Position numbers and translations under genes: made by a program. DNA of 64,000 bases, from assembly GCA_016928235.1 (NCBI GenBank), contig JAFGLD010000205.1:1348-65347 (forward strand), written 5' to 3'. Positions 30,323-40,155 of the stretch are shown piece by piece. Origin of the DNA: Anaerolineae bacterium. GTDB lineage: Bacteria; Chloroflexota; Anaerolineae; Aggregatilineales; UBA3940. Position 1 is the first letter of the stretch. Every line of letters begins with the position of its first letter. Under the pieces are notes generated by a model. The model saw nothing but the letters and a program-made list of their open reading frames with translations, did not search any database and had not been told where the DNA came from.

Positions 30323-30605
30323 CCAGCACACAGAGCATTCATCAAAGCATTCCGGATGCTGCCCTAGATAAGGGTGTTCTTTTGTATCGGCGTAGCCCGC
30401 AAATATCTCGCCTTTTGTCACAACTCAATGAACCATCCCCGGATGACCCATTATCGCCCGCTAACTGACAGGCATTTCCCGGTGAGGTCGGCACCTCCGC
30501 TTACCCTCCCCACCGCATCGATGCTAGAATGAACCTCGCATCTTAACAACAGCCTCTGTCTCTCAACGCCACCGATGGGATAGCAACACAATCGCTCAAT
30601 CACAC

Positions 30606-30756
30606 AATGGGCCCGGCGCCGGCAATCTGATCGCCACCAACTCCTGGGCAGGCGTCGATGTTCGGGAGAGCAGCGTTAGCAACGCCATCCGCGGCAACCG
30701 CATCGATAAGAACAACCAGTTGGGCATCGACCTGTACACCGGCAGCGGCGGCGTGA
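30606..30756 (+). pseudogene. Fragment of a right-handed beta-helix surface protein
   Basis: NGPGAGNLIATNSWAGV...NAIRGNRIDKNNQLGIDL; no start; abuts a MITE-like element. Confidence 0.6.
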
Positions 30757-30757
30757 A

Positions 30758-30858
30758 GCATCTTCTCAATCATTCGAGGGACAATGTCTCATCGCGACGT
30801 TTTTACACATAAAAAGTGTCGAGAAATGCAACTTTACCCCCATTGATTGAGAAGATGC
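30758..30858. mobile_element. MITE-like element with 15-bp perfect TIRs
   Basis: GCATCTTCTCAATCA ... TGATTGAGAAGATGC; no clear target-site duplication. Confidence 0.6.
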
Positions 30859-31157
30859 CCAGTTTTTTAGAAAGAGGAAACCACCACCTTATTCTGCTCA
30901 CTTTTTGGTCTTGACAGTGGGGGGCACCTTAGAGTTTTCATCTTTGGGATTATCATACCAGGCAACTGTGAAGAAGTTGTATAGAAAGCGTCAGGAAATC
31001 GTTGTTTTTTCAGCCTATGTAAATGAGATAACCTATCAGGCAGCCGTCGGACACTCAGATTTTTAGTGCTGTGAAAGATGTCTGTTCTCAGTACAATTAT
31101 GATGGCACGACGACAAAATGATAGACGGTTTCTCCATCAAGCAAAGGTGTAGACTGT

Positions 31158-33212
31158 ATGAGCATCAAACTGGACTGGGAGGTCGAATCCGAAGGAGGCT
31201 GGAAAGAAGTTGGCGAAGACCCTGGAGCCATCGCCGAGCGTCAGCGGCGTGTTCGGCGGGCCCGCAACAGTCTGTTGGTGGTGTGGGTACTCATCCTGAT
31301 CCTTGGGGGGGGCATTGTTTACCGCCTATTCACAGTCGGACAGCAGGTGCGCGCAGCACTGGAGGCAACAGTTGCTGCCGAGACACTGGCGCTGCGAATC
31401 GGTGATCGGGAATCCTATCTGGCGATTCAGTCAGATATAGGAGAGTGGTGGAAAATACAAGAAACGATGTTCGAGGAGTATCAGTCTACGGCGATACCGA
31501 TCGACGTGACCGGCCAGATCGTGCAAATGGATATCACCGCCGACCGGGCAAGAGTGACCCTGCGAGAGATCTATGACGGCAAAGAATATCACGTGATGTG
31601 GTTTTACCAACGTGATGCCGATGGTTGGAAGCACGTTGCCCACGATCCACGTTTCTGGGGTGAGCGGCGCGAGCGCAAATCAGCCTACTTTGACTTCGAT
31701 TACTATTCGGCAGATCAAGAGTTGGTAGAAACACTGGTTGTCCAGCTCAACAAGTGGTGGAACACTGCCTGTAGTTTGACATCATGTACGAGTAAACCCG
31801 ATCACATCCAGGTGCTCATCGAGCCTGACAGGCTGGCCAAAGTTGGCTGGGCCGAATATGACGCCAATACGCTGATCGTCCCCTCCCCGTTGATCGGGAG
31901 GTTCCAGGTTGGTGAATCGGCTGCCCCGTCCTTGACGATCCGGCTTTCCGATCTCATTGCCGGGCGCTGGGCCGAACATATAAGCGGTGGCGAAAGCCCG
32001 GATTATTCCGAGATACACTGGTTGGAAAGCGAATTGCGCCTGTGGCTACAGCAGGCATTTGTACCGGGCCAACCGCCTGCGCCTCTGCTCACCCCACTTG
32101 TCGAAACCTACGGCCAGCAGATCGTTCCCCAGCTTACTGCGCGCATCAAGATGGGTGATGAGCTACCGGCCACATTGGAAGCACTCACGGGTACTCCAGT
32201 ATCCGATTTGCAAGTGGGATGGGAACACTATCTGGCTTATCGTTTGCGAGCAGACGCGGCACTAATCGCCGGCGGACATGAGACCGAGGCTATCTTGCTC
32301 TACCGAGATCCGGAACGGCCTACAAGCTCCACGATGTCCTATGCGGAGGAAGCTCAGCCCGATTCAATTCAGGTGCTTAGCTTACGCCGATATGGTGAGT
32401 TATGGGGAGCAAACATACATTACACCATGAGATATCGGTATGGAGAAGAAAAAAGCAGCTTTGTGTTGTTTCGTCTGCTGAATAAACGTTGGGTTATCAC
32501 TTTTCCGGTCCGCGAAGATTTGGGGACAGTGCAAGAGACGCACGGAAAACATGTTGTCTTGCGCTACTTCGACATTGACACGCCCCTGATTGGCGATCTC
32601 CTCTCCGAGCTAGAGCAAACCTACACGCAAGTTAGCGCACATTTCGGCATAGCAGAAGATGGACCAAATATCACGATGGGGGTCGCATTTGTTGGATCTC
32701 CATTTGCACACGAGCTTGAAGTCTCGTATCCCTCAGATAGGATAGCACTGCTCGAAGGTGGCACAACAGAACAAGTCTATGTTGACGCCAAGCATAACCT
32801 GATCTTCATTCTGGTGTGTCAGGCTATGGAGTGTCAGCCATTGTTCGAATCGGATTCGGATAATGTTAAAGCATTGTTAGCGAGCACCATCTTGATGTGG
32901 GAACTCAATCGTTGGTCTGTCTATTCAGATGATGTTGCGCAAGTATGGACTGAGAGGTCGCGCCAAATGCCGGAATCACTGGAGAGCTTGTGGACAACCG
33001 ATGTCTATGTCTCGTCCATTGTATGCGCCGAAGTGCTCATCGATCTATTGGTGGAACGATATGGTGAAGAAGCCGTCGCCAAACTGGCGATCAACATTTC
33101 CCAGGCCGGCAGTATGGATGACTGGCTGCATCGAAGCCTGGGCATCCACACCACCGATATCGAAGCCGAATGGCTCGATCGGGTCGAGCTGGCACTGGAG
33201 GCCAATCCATAG
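31158..33212 (+). CDS. Membrane-anchored hypothetical protein with internal duplication
   Basis: Single TM near the N-terminus; two similar halves (LVETYGQQIV.. / LVERYGEEAV..). Confidence 0.78.
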   Translation: MSIKLDWEVESEGGWKEVGEDPGAIAERQRRVRRARNSLLVVWVLILILGGGIVYRLFTVGQQVRAALEATVAAETLALRIGDRESYLAIQSDIGEWWKIQETMFEEYQSTAIPIDVTGQIVQMDITADRARVTLREIYDGKEYHVMWFYQRDADGWKHVAHDPRFWGERRERKSAYFDFDYYSADQELVETLVVQLNKWWNTACSLTSCTSKPDHIQVLIEPDRLAKVGWAEYDANTLIVPSPLIGRFQVGESAAPSLTIRLSDLIAGRWAEHISGGESPDYSEIHWLESELRLWLQQAFVPGQPPAPLLTPLVETYGQQIVPQLTARIKMGDELPATLEALTGTPVSDLQVGWEHYLAYRLRADAALIAGGHETEAILLYRDPERPTSSTMSYAEEAQPDSIQVLSLRRYGELWGANIHYTMRYRYGEEKSSFVLFRLLNKRWVITFPVREDLGTVQETHGKHVVLRYFDIDTPLIGDLLSELEQTYTQVSAHFGIAEDGPNITMGVAFVGSPFAHELEVSYPSDRIALLEGGTTEQVYVDAKHNLIFILVCQAMECQPLFESDSDNVKALLASTILMWELNRWSVYSDDVAQVWTERSRQMPESLESLWTTDVYVSSIVCAEVLIDLLVERYGEEAVAKLAINISQAGSMDDWLHRSLGIHTTDIEAEWLDRVELALEANP

Positions 33213-33264
33213 CGCGTCGCTCAACATGACATGACTTCAGCCCTCAATTATTGGGACAGAGACC

Positions 33265-33672
33265 TTATCTGGCTGCTTCATACAGCTCGATCAAGACACC
33301 GTGGGCACTCTTGGGATGCACGAAAGCAACTCGCTTGCCGCCCGCCCCGGTGGTCGGTTGCTCGTTGATGAGCTGCATCCCCGCCGCCTTGAGATCGGTC
33401 AGAGATTGCTCGATGTCTTCCACCTCCAGGCAGATGTGATGGATGCCTGGACCATTCTTGGCGAGATACCTGGCCACGCCGCTGGTCTCATTGACCGGTT
33501 GGAGCAACTCGATCTCGCTGTCGCCGGCCGGCAGGCAGGCGACGATTACTTCCTGCTCGGCGATGTGCTCGGTGTGTGCAACCGGCAGCCCGAGCACATC
33601 CCGATACAGGGTTGTCGCTTCATCGAGATTGGATACAACGATGGCAATATGGTCGATACGTTTGACAGACAA
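33265..33672 (-). CDS. mce: Methylmalonyl-CoA epimerase
   Basis: GGAGGA RBS before TTG; IDHIAIVV, IELLQP, GPGIHHICLEV, FVHPKSAHGVLIEL. Confidence 0.92.
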   Translation of the reverse strand: MSVKRIDHIAIVVSNLDEATTLYRDVLGLPVAHTEHIAEQEVIVACLPAGDSEIELLQPVNETSGVARYLAKNGPGIHHICLEVEDIEQSLTDLKAAGMQLINEQPTTGAGGKRVAFVHPKSAHGVLIELYEAAR

Positions 33673-33759
33673 TGGGTTTCTCCTCCAAAGAGTGCTGCAT
33701 GGATATGTGGCACGTGGCAAGGCATTTGCTTGAAGCGGTTTGCCCTATGATACCAATGG

Positions 33760-34077
33760 TCACCCCTTATGACCTGGCTCGACGCTGACCGCGATCCCAT
33801 AGATGGCATCCCGTCCAACCCAGCCATTGATCTTGCCCCGGTTGTTGCCGATCAGGAACCGCTTGTGATTATCGATGGCCTTGATCAGGTGTAGGTAGAC
33901 ATTGCCCTTGACCCGTACCAGGACAATGTCATCCACATTCAAATCGTCCGGGTTGCAAGGCGCCAGCGTCACCAGATCCTTGTGGTTGACCCTCCCGGTC
34001 ATCGAGTGACCGCTGGGCCGGATCTGCGACATCTCCCCGCGCCGTAGTTTCTCAATTGCGTAATTAGCCCATCCCAT
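33760..34077 (-). CDS. Small S24/S26 peptidase-like protein
   Basis: AGGAG RBS; GHSM, DDIVLVRV, YLHLIKA, IYG; TGGTATAAT extended -10 at 34181-34189. Confidence 0.7.
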   Translation of the reverse strand: MGWANYAIEKLRRGEMSQIRPSGHSMTGRVNHKDLVTLAPCNPDDLNVDDIVLVRVKGNVYLHLIKAIDNHKRFLIGNNRGKINGWVGRDAIYGIAVSVEPGHKG

Positions 34078-34317
34078 TTTGCTCTCCTTCTACTTTAGTT
34101 TCCGCTCGCTGGGGCTAAAAGTGGATGCCATTAAAGTGTCACGCATTATTTTTAGAAAGGAGGCTCCCTGACGGCGGCGGATTATACCATAAAAACACTG
34201 GGAGATATACAGCACACATCCTCATAAATACCCCTCAGCTACCACTTTTGGGAGATGTGACTACCACCATTTTTCGAGTATCCTGATGTTTGACAATGAG
34301 TTGAATCAGAGGTTCAC

Positions 34318-34581
34318 ATGAAAGGCATTGAGGTGTCAGAGAGCCACAAGCTGTCTGCAAGGTATGAGATCAAGGCACAAGGAAAGCTCGATACTCAGTG
34401 GTCAGATTGGTTCAATGGAATGATGATAACCTCTGAGGAATACGGTGAGGGTGCTACCCTGACAACGTTGATCGGTGCCGTTAGGGATCAATCAGCACTG
34501 CGGGGCATTCTCACACGGATCTGGGATCTGGGGCTGACGCTGTACTCGGTGACCCGGCTCGATGAGAAGCCCAGGCCGTAG
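34318..34581 (+). CDS. Small conserved hypothetical protein
   Basis: YEIKAQGKLDTQWSDWFNG...TTLIGAVRDQSALRGIL..IWDLGLTL pattern. Confidence 0.75.
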   Translation: MKGIEVSESHKLSARYEIKAQGKLDTQWSDWFNGMMITSEEYGEGATLTTLIGAVRDQSALRGILTRIWDLGLTLYSVTRLDEKPRP

Positions 34582-34700
34582 AGTACCCGCTGTCAGCCCG
34601 TTGTTCCGAATGCATGCCCAATGGATCGATCAAGGAAGCAATAGAAATGGGCGATGTGCCTGACGTCTTTAACCCGGCATGATTTTCAATGGAGAACACT

Positions 34701-37340
34701 ATGTCTGACTATGTAATGAGTTTAGCTGATCCAAAAGCTACATTGGAGACAGTCGGCGGCAAAGGTGCATCGCTGGCCCGGCTGGCGACGGCCGGCCTGC
34801 CTGTGCCCGGCGGTTTCCATGTCACGACTGGTGCTTATCGCCAGTTTGTAGAGGCTAATGCTTTGCAGCCGCGAATCCTGGCCGCGCTTGAGCCGGTCGA
34901 TGCGTCGCAGCCGGCCACACTGGAGACGGCTTCAGAAGCTATCTGTCAGCTCTTTATGCAGGCCGACGTTCCCACCCCCATCGCCGATGCCATTACCAGG
35001 GCTTACGGTGATCTGTCCAATCACACAATCACGACGACCAAAGGTCGTAAATCAACCAATCAACCAATCGCAGTGGCTGTGCGTTCATCGGCCACCGCCG
35101 AGGACTTGCCTGATGCCTCGTTTGCCGGACAGCAGGAGACCTACCTGAACATCAGCGGCACCGAGGCGGTGCTGGAGGCGGTCAAGAGGTGCTGGGCATC
35201 CTTGTGGACGGCGCGCGCCATTGGCTACCGGGCCCACCAGAACATCGACCCTGACAGCGTGGCGCTGGCCGTTGTTGTCCAGCGCCTCGTCCACGCCGAG
35301 ACGGCCGGCATCCTGTTCACTGCCAACCCGATGAACGGGCGGCGCGACGAGATGGTTATCAATGCCGCCTGGGGCCTGGGCGAAGCGATCGTCGGTGGAC
35401 AGGTCACGCCCGATACGCTCATCGCCGACAAGGCTACAGGGCAAATCAAGCAGGTCCAGGTGGCCGACAAAACGGTGATGACGGTACGTACAGCGCAGGG
35501 CACGGTCGAGCAGCCGGTAGAAGAGAGCAGGCGCAAGGAACGTGTGCTGGATGATGTCCTGGCCGCCGACCTGGCGCAGCTGGGTCGCCGGATCGAAGCG
35601 CACTACGGCGCCCCGCAGGATATCGAATGGTGCCGCGATGGGGCTCAGCTCTTCATCGTGCAGTCCCGCCCCATCACCACGTTGTTCCCGCTGCCTGCGC
35701 CGCTGCCCGCGTCCGAGGACGGCTTACGCCTTTATCTATGTGTCAATGTGGTACTGCAAGGCATCACCGAGCCGCTTACCCCGATGGGGCTGGAGATGTT
35801 CCGGCTGGGCTACGCGGGTATGATCGATGATCTGAGCGGGAAAGTGAGTGACGCTTATCCGGCCTGGGTCAAGACAGCCGCCGGGCGCATGTATATTGAC
35901 CTTACTGATTTGCTGCACAATTCCAGCTTCGGGAAGAGGCTTGCCGAGCGGCTGGCAAGCAAAGATCCGGTAGCCATCCGGGCGCTCTTGCAAGTCTACC
36001 AGGCTAATGCCGGGGAGCTACACACCAGGCAGAAGATCAAGCTCCCCCTGGCAGCATTCAGCAAGGTTATACCCAATATGCTGGGGCCTGCCATCTATAG
36101 TTTTTTCGCCCCGCGTGCAGCGCGGCAAAAGTTACAGACCATGGGCGATGCCTGGCTGGCTCCGCTGGAGCAGCGCGCGCGCCAATTGACAAACAGTGCC
36201 GACCGGCTCTGTTTCGTGGAAGAGGCTGCCCGGAAGTTGTTTTGGACGGCCTTCTACGAAGTTGCCTACTGCTCTTCGGGATTGCGGGGTGTCGAGCTAG
36301 TCCCGGTATTAGTGAAGAAGTGGCTCGGCACGGATACATTGGCTCAGCCGGTGCTGCAAGCGCTTCCGCACAACCCCACCACCGAGATGGGCCAGGAGCT
36401 GCTGCGCATTGCCAGAACACTGCAAATTGAAGGATCGGCGCCAACGCCCGATCACCCGGCTGTGCAAGAATTCCTGAAACGCTTCGGCCACCGCGCTGTA
36501 CGTGAGATCGATACAGGTCTGCCGCGCTGGTACGAGGACCCGACCTATGTGCTGGAAATGCTGACGGTCTACTTGGCCCAGGACAACCTGGAGGCCAAAC
36601 TGGAAGGCTTTCGCGCGGCCCAGATGGAGGCTGAAGCTGCCATCCCGCGCATCGTAGCAGCAGTACGGCAGCGCAAAGGCAGTCTCTCTGCCTGGCTCAT
36701 TGGGCACTTGCTGCGCTGCCTGCGCGAGGTGGGCGGTATGCGGGAACAGCCCAAGTTCGACATGATCCGCTGCTATGCCCTGTTCCGACGTGTACTGTTC
36801 GAGGTCGGGCATGATCTGGTCATGCAGGGCCGGTTGGATCGAGCCGATGATGTGTTCTATGTGACTTTCGCCGACATCCGGGAGGGCGGAGAGCTGCGCC
36901 TGCGCGCGGCGGAGGCTCACGCCGAGTATGCGCGAGAGGTCAAGCGCGTCGCTGTGCCGAGGATCATGACCAGTACCGGCGAGTGTTTCTATGGCGCTCC
37001 GGCCATCGCGAGCCAGGACGAGAACGCGCTGGTGGGCGCGCCCGTTTCGCCGGGCGAGTACGAAGGCGTAGCCCGCATCGTCGACACGCCCATCGGCGCT
37101 CATCTGGAGCGCGGCGAAATCCTGGTTACGCACAGCACCGACCCCAGCTGGACGCCGCTGTTCCTCAATGCCGGCGCGGTCATCATGGAGACAGGCGGCC
37201 CGATCTCGCATGGCGCGATTGTCGCCCGCGAGTACGGTATTCCGGCGGTCGCCGGGGTCAGTGAAGCCACCACACGCCTGCACACCGGCCAGCGTCTGCG
37301 CGTCAATGGAGAGACAGGGGAAATCGCCTGTTTGGAGTAA
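34701..37340 (+). CDS. PEP-utilizing dikinase with rifampin phosphotransferase (RPH)-like architecture, paralog 1
   Basis: VGGKG, VRSSATAEDLPDASFAGQQET, QDIEW, QSRPIT; C-terminal GGPISHGAIVAREYGIP swivel domain; no PEP-synthase TIM barrel. Confidence 0.88.
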   Translation: MSDYVMSLADPKATLETVGGKGASLARLATAGLPVPGGFHVTTGAYRQFVEANALQPRILAALEPVDASQPATLETASEAICQLFMQADVPTPIADAITRAYGDLSNHTITTTKGRKSTNQPIAVAVRSSATAEDLPDASFAGQQETYLNISGTEAVLEAVKRCWASLWTARAIGYRAHQNIDPDSVALAVVVQRLVHAETAGILFTANPMNGRRDEMVINAAWGLGEAIVGGQVTPDTLIADKATGQIKQVQVADKTVMTVRTAQGTVEQPVEESRRKERVLDDVLAADLAQLGRRIEAHYGAPQDIEWCRDGAQLFIVQSRPITTLFPLPAPLPASEDGLRLYLCVNVVLQGITEPLTPMGLEMFRLGYAGMIDDLSGKVSDAYPAWVKTAAGRMYIDLTDLLHNSSFGKRLAERLASKDPVAIRALLQVYQANAGELHTRQKIKLPLAAFSKVIPNMLGPAIYSFFAPRAARQKLQTMGDAWLAPLEQRARQLTNSADRLCFVEEAARKLFWTAFYEVAYCSSGLRGVELVPVLVKKWLGTDTLAQPVLQALPHNPTTEMGQELLRIARTLQIEGSAPTPDHPAVQEFLKRFGHRAVREIDTGLPRWYEDPTYVLEMLTVYLAQDNLEAKLEGFRAAQMEAEAAIPRIVAAVRQRKGSLSAWLIGHLLRCLREVGGMREQPKFDMIRCYALFRRVLFEVGHDLVMQGRLDRADDVFYVTFADIREGGELRLRAAEAHAEYAREVKRVAVPRIMTSTGECFYGAPAIASQDENALVGAPVSPGEYEGVARIVDTPIGAHLERGEILVTHSTDPSWTPLFLNAGAVIMETGGPISHGAIVAREYGIPAVAGVSEATTRLHTGQRLRVNGETGEIACLE

Positions 37341-37409
37341 CTACCTTGACAAGAAAATCCCTATAAAGGGATCGATCATCCGCTTATAGGGGATCTACTG
37401 GAGGATGCT

Positions 37410-40019
37410 ATGTCACAACACTATGTGCTTCACCTGAATGACTCACAGGCCGACCTCGAGACGGTTGGCGGCAAGGGGGCATCGCTGGCCCGGCTGGCAA
37501 CGGCCGGCCTGCCCGTGCCGGGCGGCTTCCATATCACGACCGAGGCCTATCGCCAGTTTGTGGCGGCGAGTGGCCTGCAGTCCCGCATCCTGGCCGCGCT
37601 TGAAGTGGCCGATGCTTCTCAGCCCGCCACGCTGGATACAGCCTCACAGGCCATCCACCTGCTCTTTACGCAGGCCGACATTCCCACCCCCATCGCCGAT
37701 GCTGTTGCCCAAGCCTATAGCGACTTGTCTGCTCAGCCAATCGCTGTTGCCGTTCGTTCATCGGCCACTGCCGAAGACCTGCCGGATGCTTCGTTTGCCG
37801 GGCAGCAGGAGACCTACCTGAACATCAGCGGTACCGGGGCGGTGTTGGAGGCGGTCAAGAAGTGCTGGGCGTCCTTGTGGACGGCGCGCGCCATCGGCTA
37901 CCGGGCCCGCCAGAACATCGACCCGGACAGTGTAGCGCTGGCGGTAGTGGTGCAAGAGCTGGTCTTCGCCGACGCGGCCGGGATCCTGTTCACCGCCAAC
38001 CCCTTGAGTGGCAGCCGCGACGAAGCAGTCGTCAATGCCGCCTGGGGGCTGGGTGAAGCTATCGTCGGTGGGATGGTGACACCGGATACCCTGACGGTCG
38101 ATAAGGCCAGCGGGCGTGTTCTTGCGCGCGAGACTGCAAACAAGCAGATGATGACGGTGCGCGTCGAAGGGGGCACCGAGGAGCAGCCGGTACCGGAGGC
38201 CAGGCGCAGCGCTCCTGTGCTCGATGACAAGAAAGCTGCCGAGCTGGTCCAGCAGGGTGTACAGATCGAGAAGCTGTATGGCACCCCCATGGACATCGAG
38301 TGGACGCTCAAAGATGGGACATTCGCCATCGTCCAGGCGCGCCCGATTACCGCCCTGCCCGATGCGCCCATCGAATGGAGGCCACCCGATCCCAAGGGTG
38401 TCTACATGCGCTCCAGTATCGTCGACCTGATGCCTGGCCCTTTGAGCCCGCTGTTTACCTCCTTGGGCATCTCATCATTGCTCCGGCAGTTCAAGCCAAT
38501 GACCAGGCGCATGATTGGGGCGGAGGGCGAATTTGCAAAGGATTACTTTACCAGCATCCATTCCTATGGTTACATGAATACCACCTTCCCGACCAAGACA
38601 TGGGGGTGGATCCTCTTTGCTATGATTCCGGCCTACCCACGTCTTCTGCGCAGCCTGGTCCCCCTGTGGCGCGATGAGTTGCACCCGGAATACCAGGCCG
38701 CAGTTGCCCAATATGCAGACAAGATACCAGACCGGATGTCCGCTGCTGAACTGTGGAGGGATGCACAGGCACTTGTCGATGCTGCTACCTACTACATCAG
38801 TGGATTGATGTTTGCCACCATGGGTGCATCGGCCGGCGGGGAAGGGCTGCTGACGCAGGCATACAACAAGATGGCAAAGCAGGAAGGCGATCCCCCAGCC
38901 ACGACCCTGATGATGGGCTGGGACAACATCCCGATCCGTGCGGAGAGGTCGCTCTACGATCTGGCCATGTGGTGCCACGGACGGGAAGACCTGGCTGTCT
39001 ACGTGCTGGAGACACCCTCCGATAAACTGACAGATCGGCTGGTCAATGAACAGGCGCCCGCTCATGTCGATCCTGAGGACTGGAGGGAGCTGCAAAGTCG
39101 CTTCGAGCAGCACCTGGCGACATTTGGACACATTGTCTTCCAACTGGATTTTGCCGCGCCGCTGCCGCTCGATCACCCGGCGCCAATGCTGGAGAACATC
39201 AAGATGTATCTGCGCGGCGAGGGGGCCAACCCGCGCGAGCGCCAGAGGGCCAGTGAGGAAAAACGCATCCAGACCACTGAAACGATGCTGGGACGACTGA
39301 GGGGTCTTAAACTGTGGGCTTTCCGCCTGGCTCTCAATTGGGGGCAGCCATTATCAGCCATACGCGAAGACGCTCTGGCCGAGATCGGCCTGGCCTACCC
39401 CATGCTACGCGAGATGCTGCGAGAGCTGGGACGGCAGTTCGTGGAGGCAGATGCCATTGAGCAGGCCGAAGACATCTTCTGGCTGGAGAAAGAAGAGATC
39501 GATGCCGGTGTGGCCGCCCTGGAAGGCGGCAAGGTGCTCGCTAACCTGTCTGACAGCGTGGCACGGCGCAAAGCCTTCCAACAGAAGATGAAGCAGATCA
39601 CCCCACCGCCCATGATACCTTACAAGAAGAGGATTATGGGCATCAAGACCGACAGCTTCATCGCCCATTCCCAGGACGCCGAGACCGGCGATACACTCAA
39701 GGGCGTGGCCACCAGCGCCGGCAAAGTCACCGCGCCTGCCTGTGTGCTGCATGGGCCTGAGGATTTCGACCAGATGAAGCCGGGCGATGTGCTGGTGGCC
39801 GGCGCCACTACCCCGGCCTGGACAACGCTCTTCGCGATGGCGTCGGCGGTGGTGACCGATATCGGCGGGCCGCTCAGCCACGGCTCGATTGTGGCGCGCG
39901 AGTATGGCATCCCAGCAGTGATGGGTACCGGCGTCGCCACCCGCCGCATCCAGAGCGGGCAGATGATCACCGTCGACGGGGACGCCGGGACGGTCGAGCT
40001 GGTTGTGGAAGCACCATGA
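37410..40019 (+). CDS. PEP-utilizing dikinase with RPH-like architecture, paralog 2
   Basis: Same ATP-grasp motifs; GGPLSHGSIVAREYGIP. Confidence 0.88.
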   Translation: MSQHYVLHLNDSQADLETVGGKGASLARLATAGLPVPGGFHITTEAYRQFVAASGLQSRILAALEVADASQPATLDTASQAIHLLFTQADIPTPIADAVAQAYSDLSAQPIAVAVRSSATAEDLPDASFAGQQETYLNISGTGAVLEAVKKCWASLWTARAIGYRARQNIDPDSVALAVVVQELVFADAAGILFTANPLSGSRDEAVVNAAWGLGEAIVGGMVTPDTLTVDKASGRVLARETANKQMMTVRVEGGTEEQPVPEARRSAPVLDDKKAAELVQQGVQIEKLYGTPMDIEWTLKDGTFAIVQARPITALPDAPIEWRPPDPKGVYMRSSIVDLMPGPLSPLFTSLGISSLLRQFKPMTRRMIGAEGEFAKDYFTSIHSYGYMNTTFPTKTWGWILFAMIPAYPRLLRSLVPLWRDELHPEYQAAVAQYADKIPDRMSAAELWRDAQALVDAATYYISGLMFATMGASAGGEGLLTQAYNKMAKQEGDPPATTLMMGWDNIPIRAERSLYDLAMWCHGREDLAVYVLETPSDKLTDRLVNEQAPAHVDPEDWRELQSRFEQHLATFGHIVFQLDFAAPLPLDHPAPMLENIKMYLRGEGANPRERQRASEEKRIQTTETMLGRLRGLKLWAFRLALNWGQPLSAIREDALAEIGLAYPMLREMLRELGRQFVEADAIEQAEDIFWLEKEEIDAGVAALEGGKVLANLSDSVARRKAFQQKMKQITPPPMIPYKKRIMGIKTDSFIAHSQDAETGDTLKGVATSAGKVTAPACVLHGPEDFDQMKPGDVLVAGATTPAWTTLFAMASAVVTDIGGPLSHGSIVAREYGIPAVMGTGVATRRIQSGQMITVDGDAGTVELVVEAP

Positions 40020-40059
40020 CACACAAACAGTGGCGCGTTTTGTCTCACACTATACACAC

Positions 40060-40096
40060 AGGGGCGGCCGGTGGGCGACTGCGGGTCGCCCCTACG
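40060..40096. repeat. REP-like GGGGCG...CGCCCCTAC element
   Basis: AGGGGCG..GGGCGAC-tgcgg-GTCGCCCCTAC; related GTAGGGGCGG at about 57152. Confidence 0.55.
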
Positions 40097-40155
40097 ACGG
40101 CAATGTCCGCCAGCGTCGCAAACTTGTTGCTCATTGCCGCTTTCGAGGCAAGATT

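Noticed and set aside
34701-40019. ppsA or rph gene symbols
   Set aside because: No PEP-synthase C-terminal barrel; rifamycin specificity cannot be inferred from the divergent middle domains
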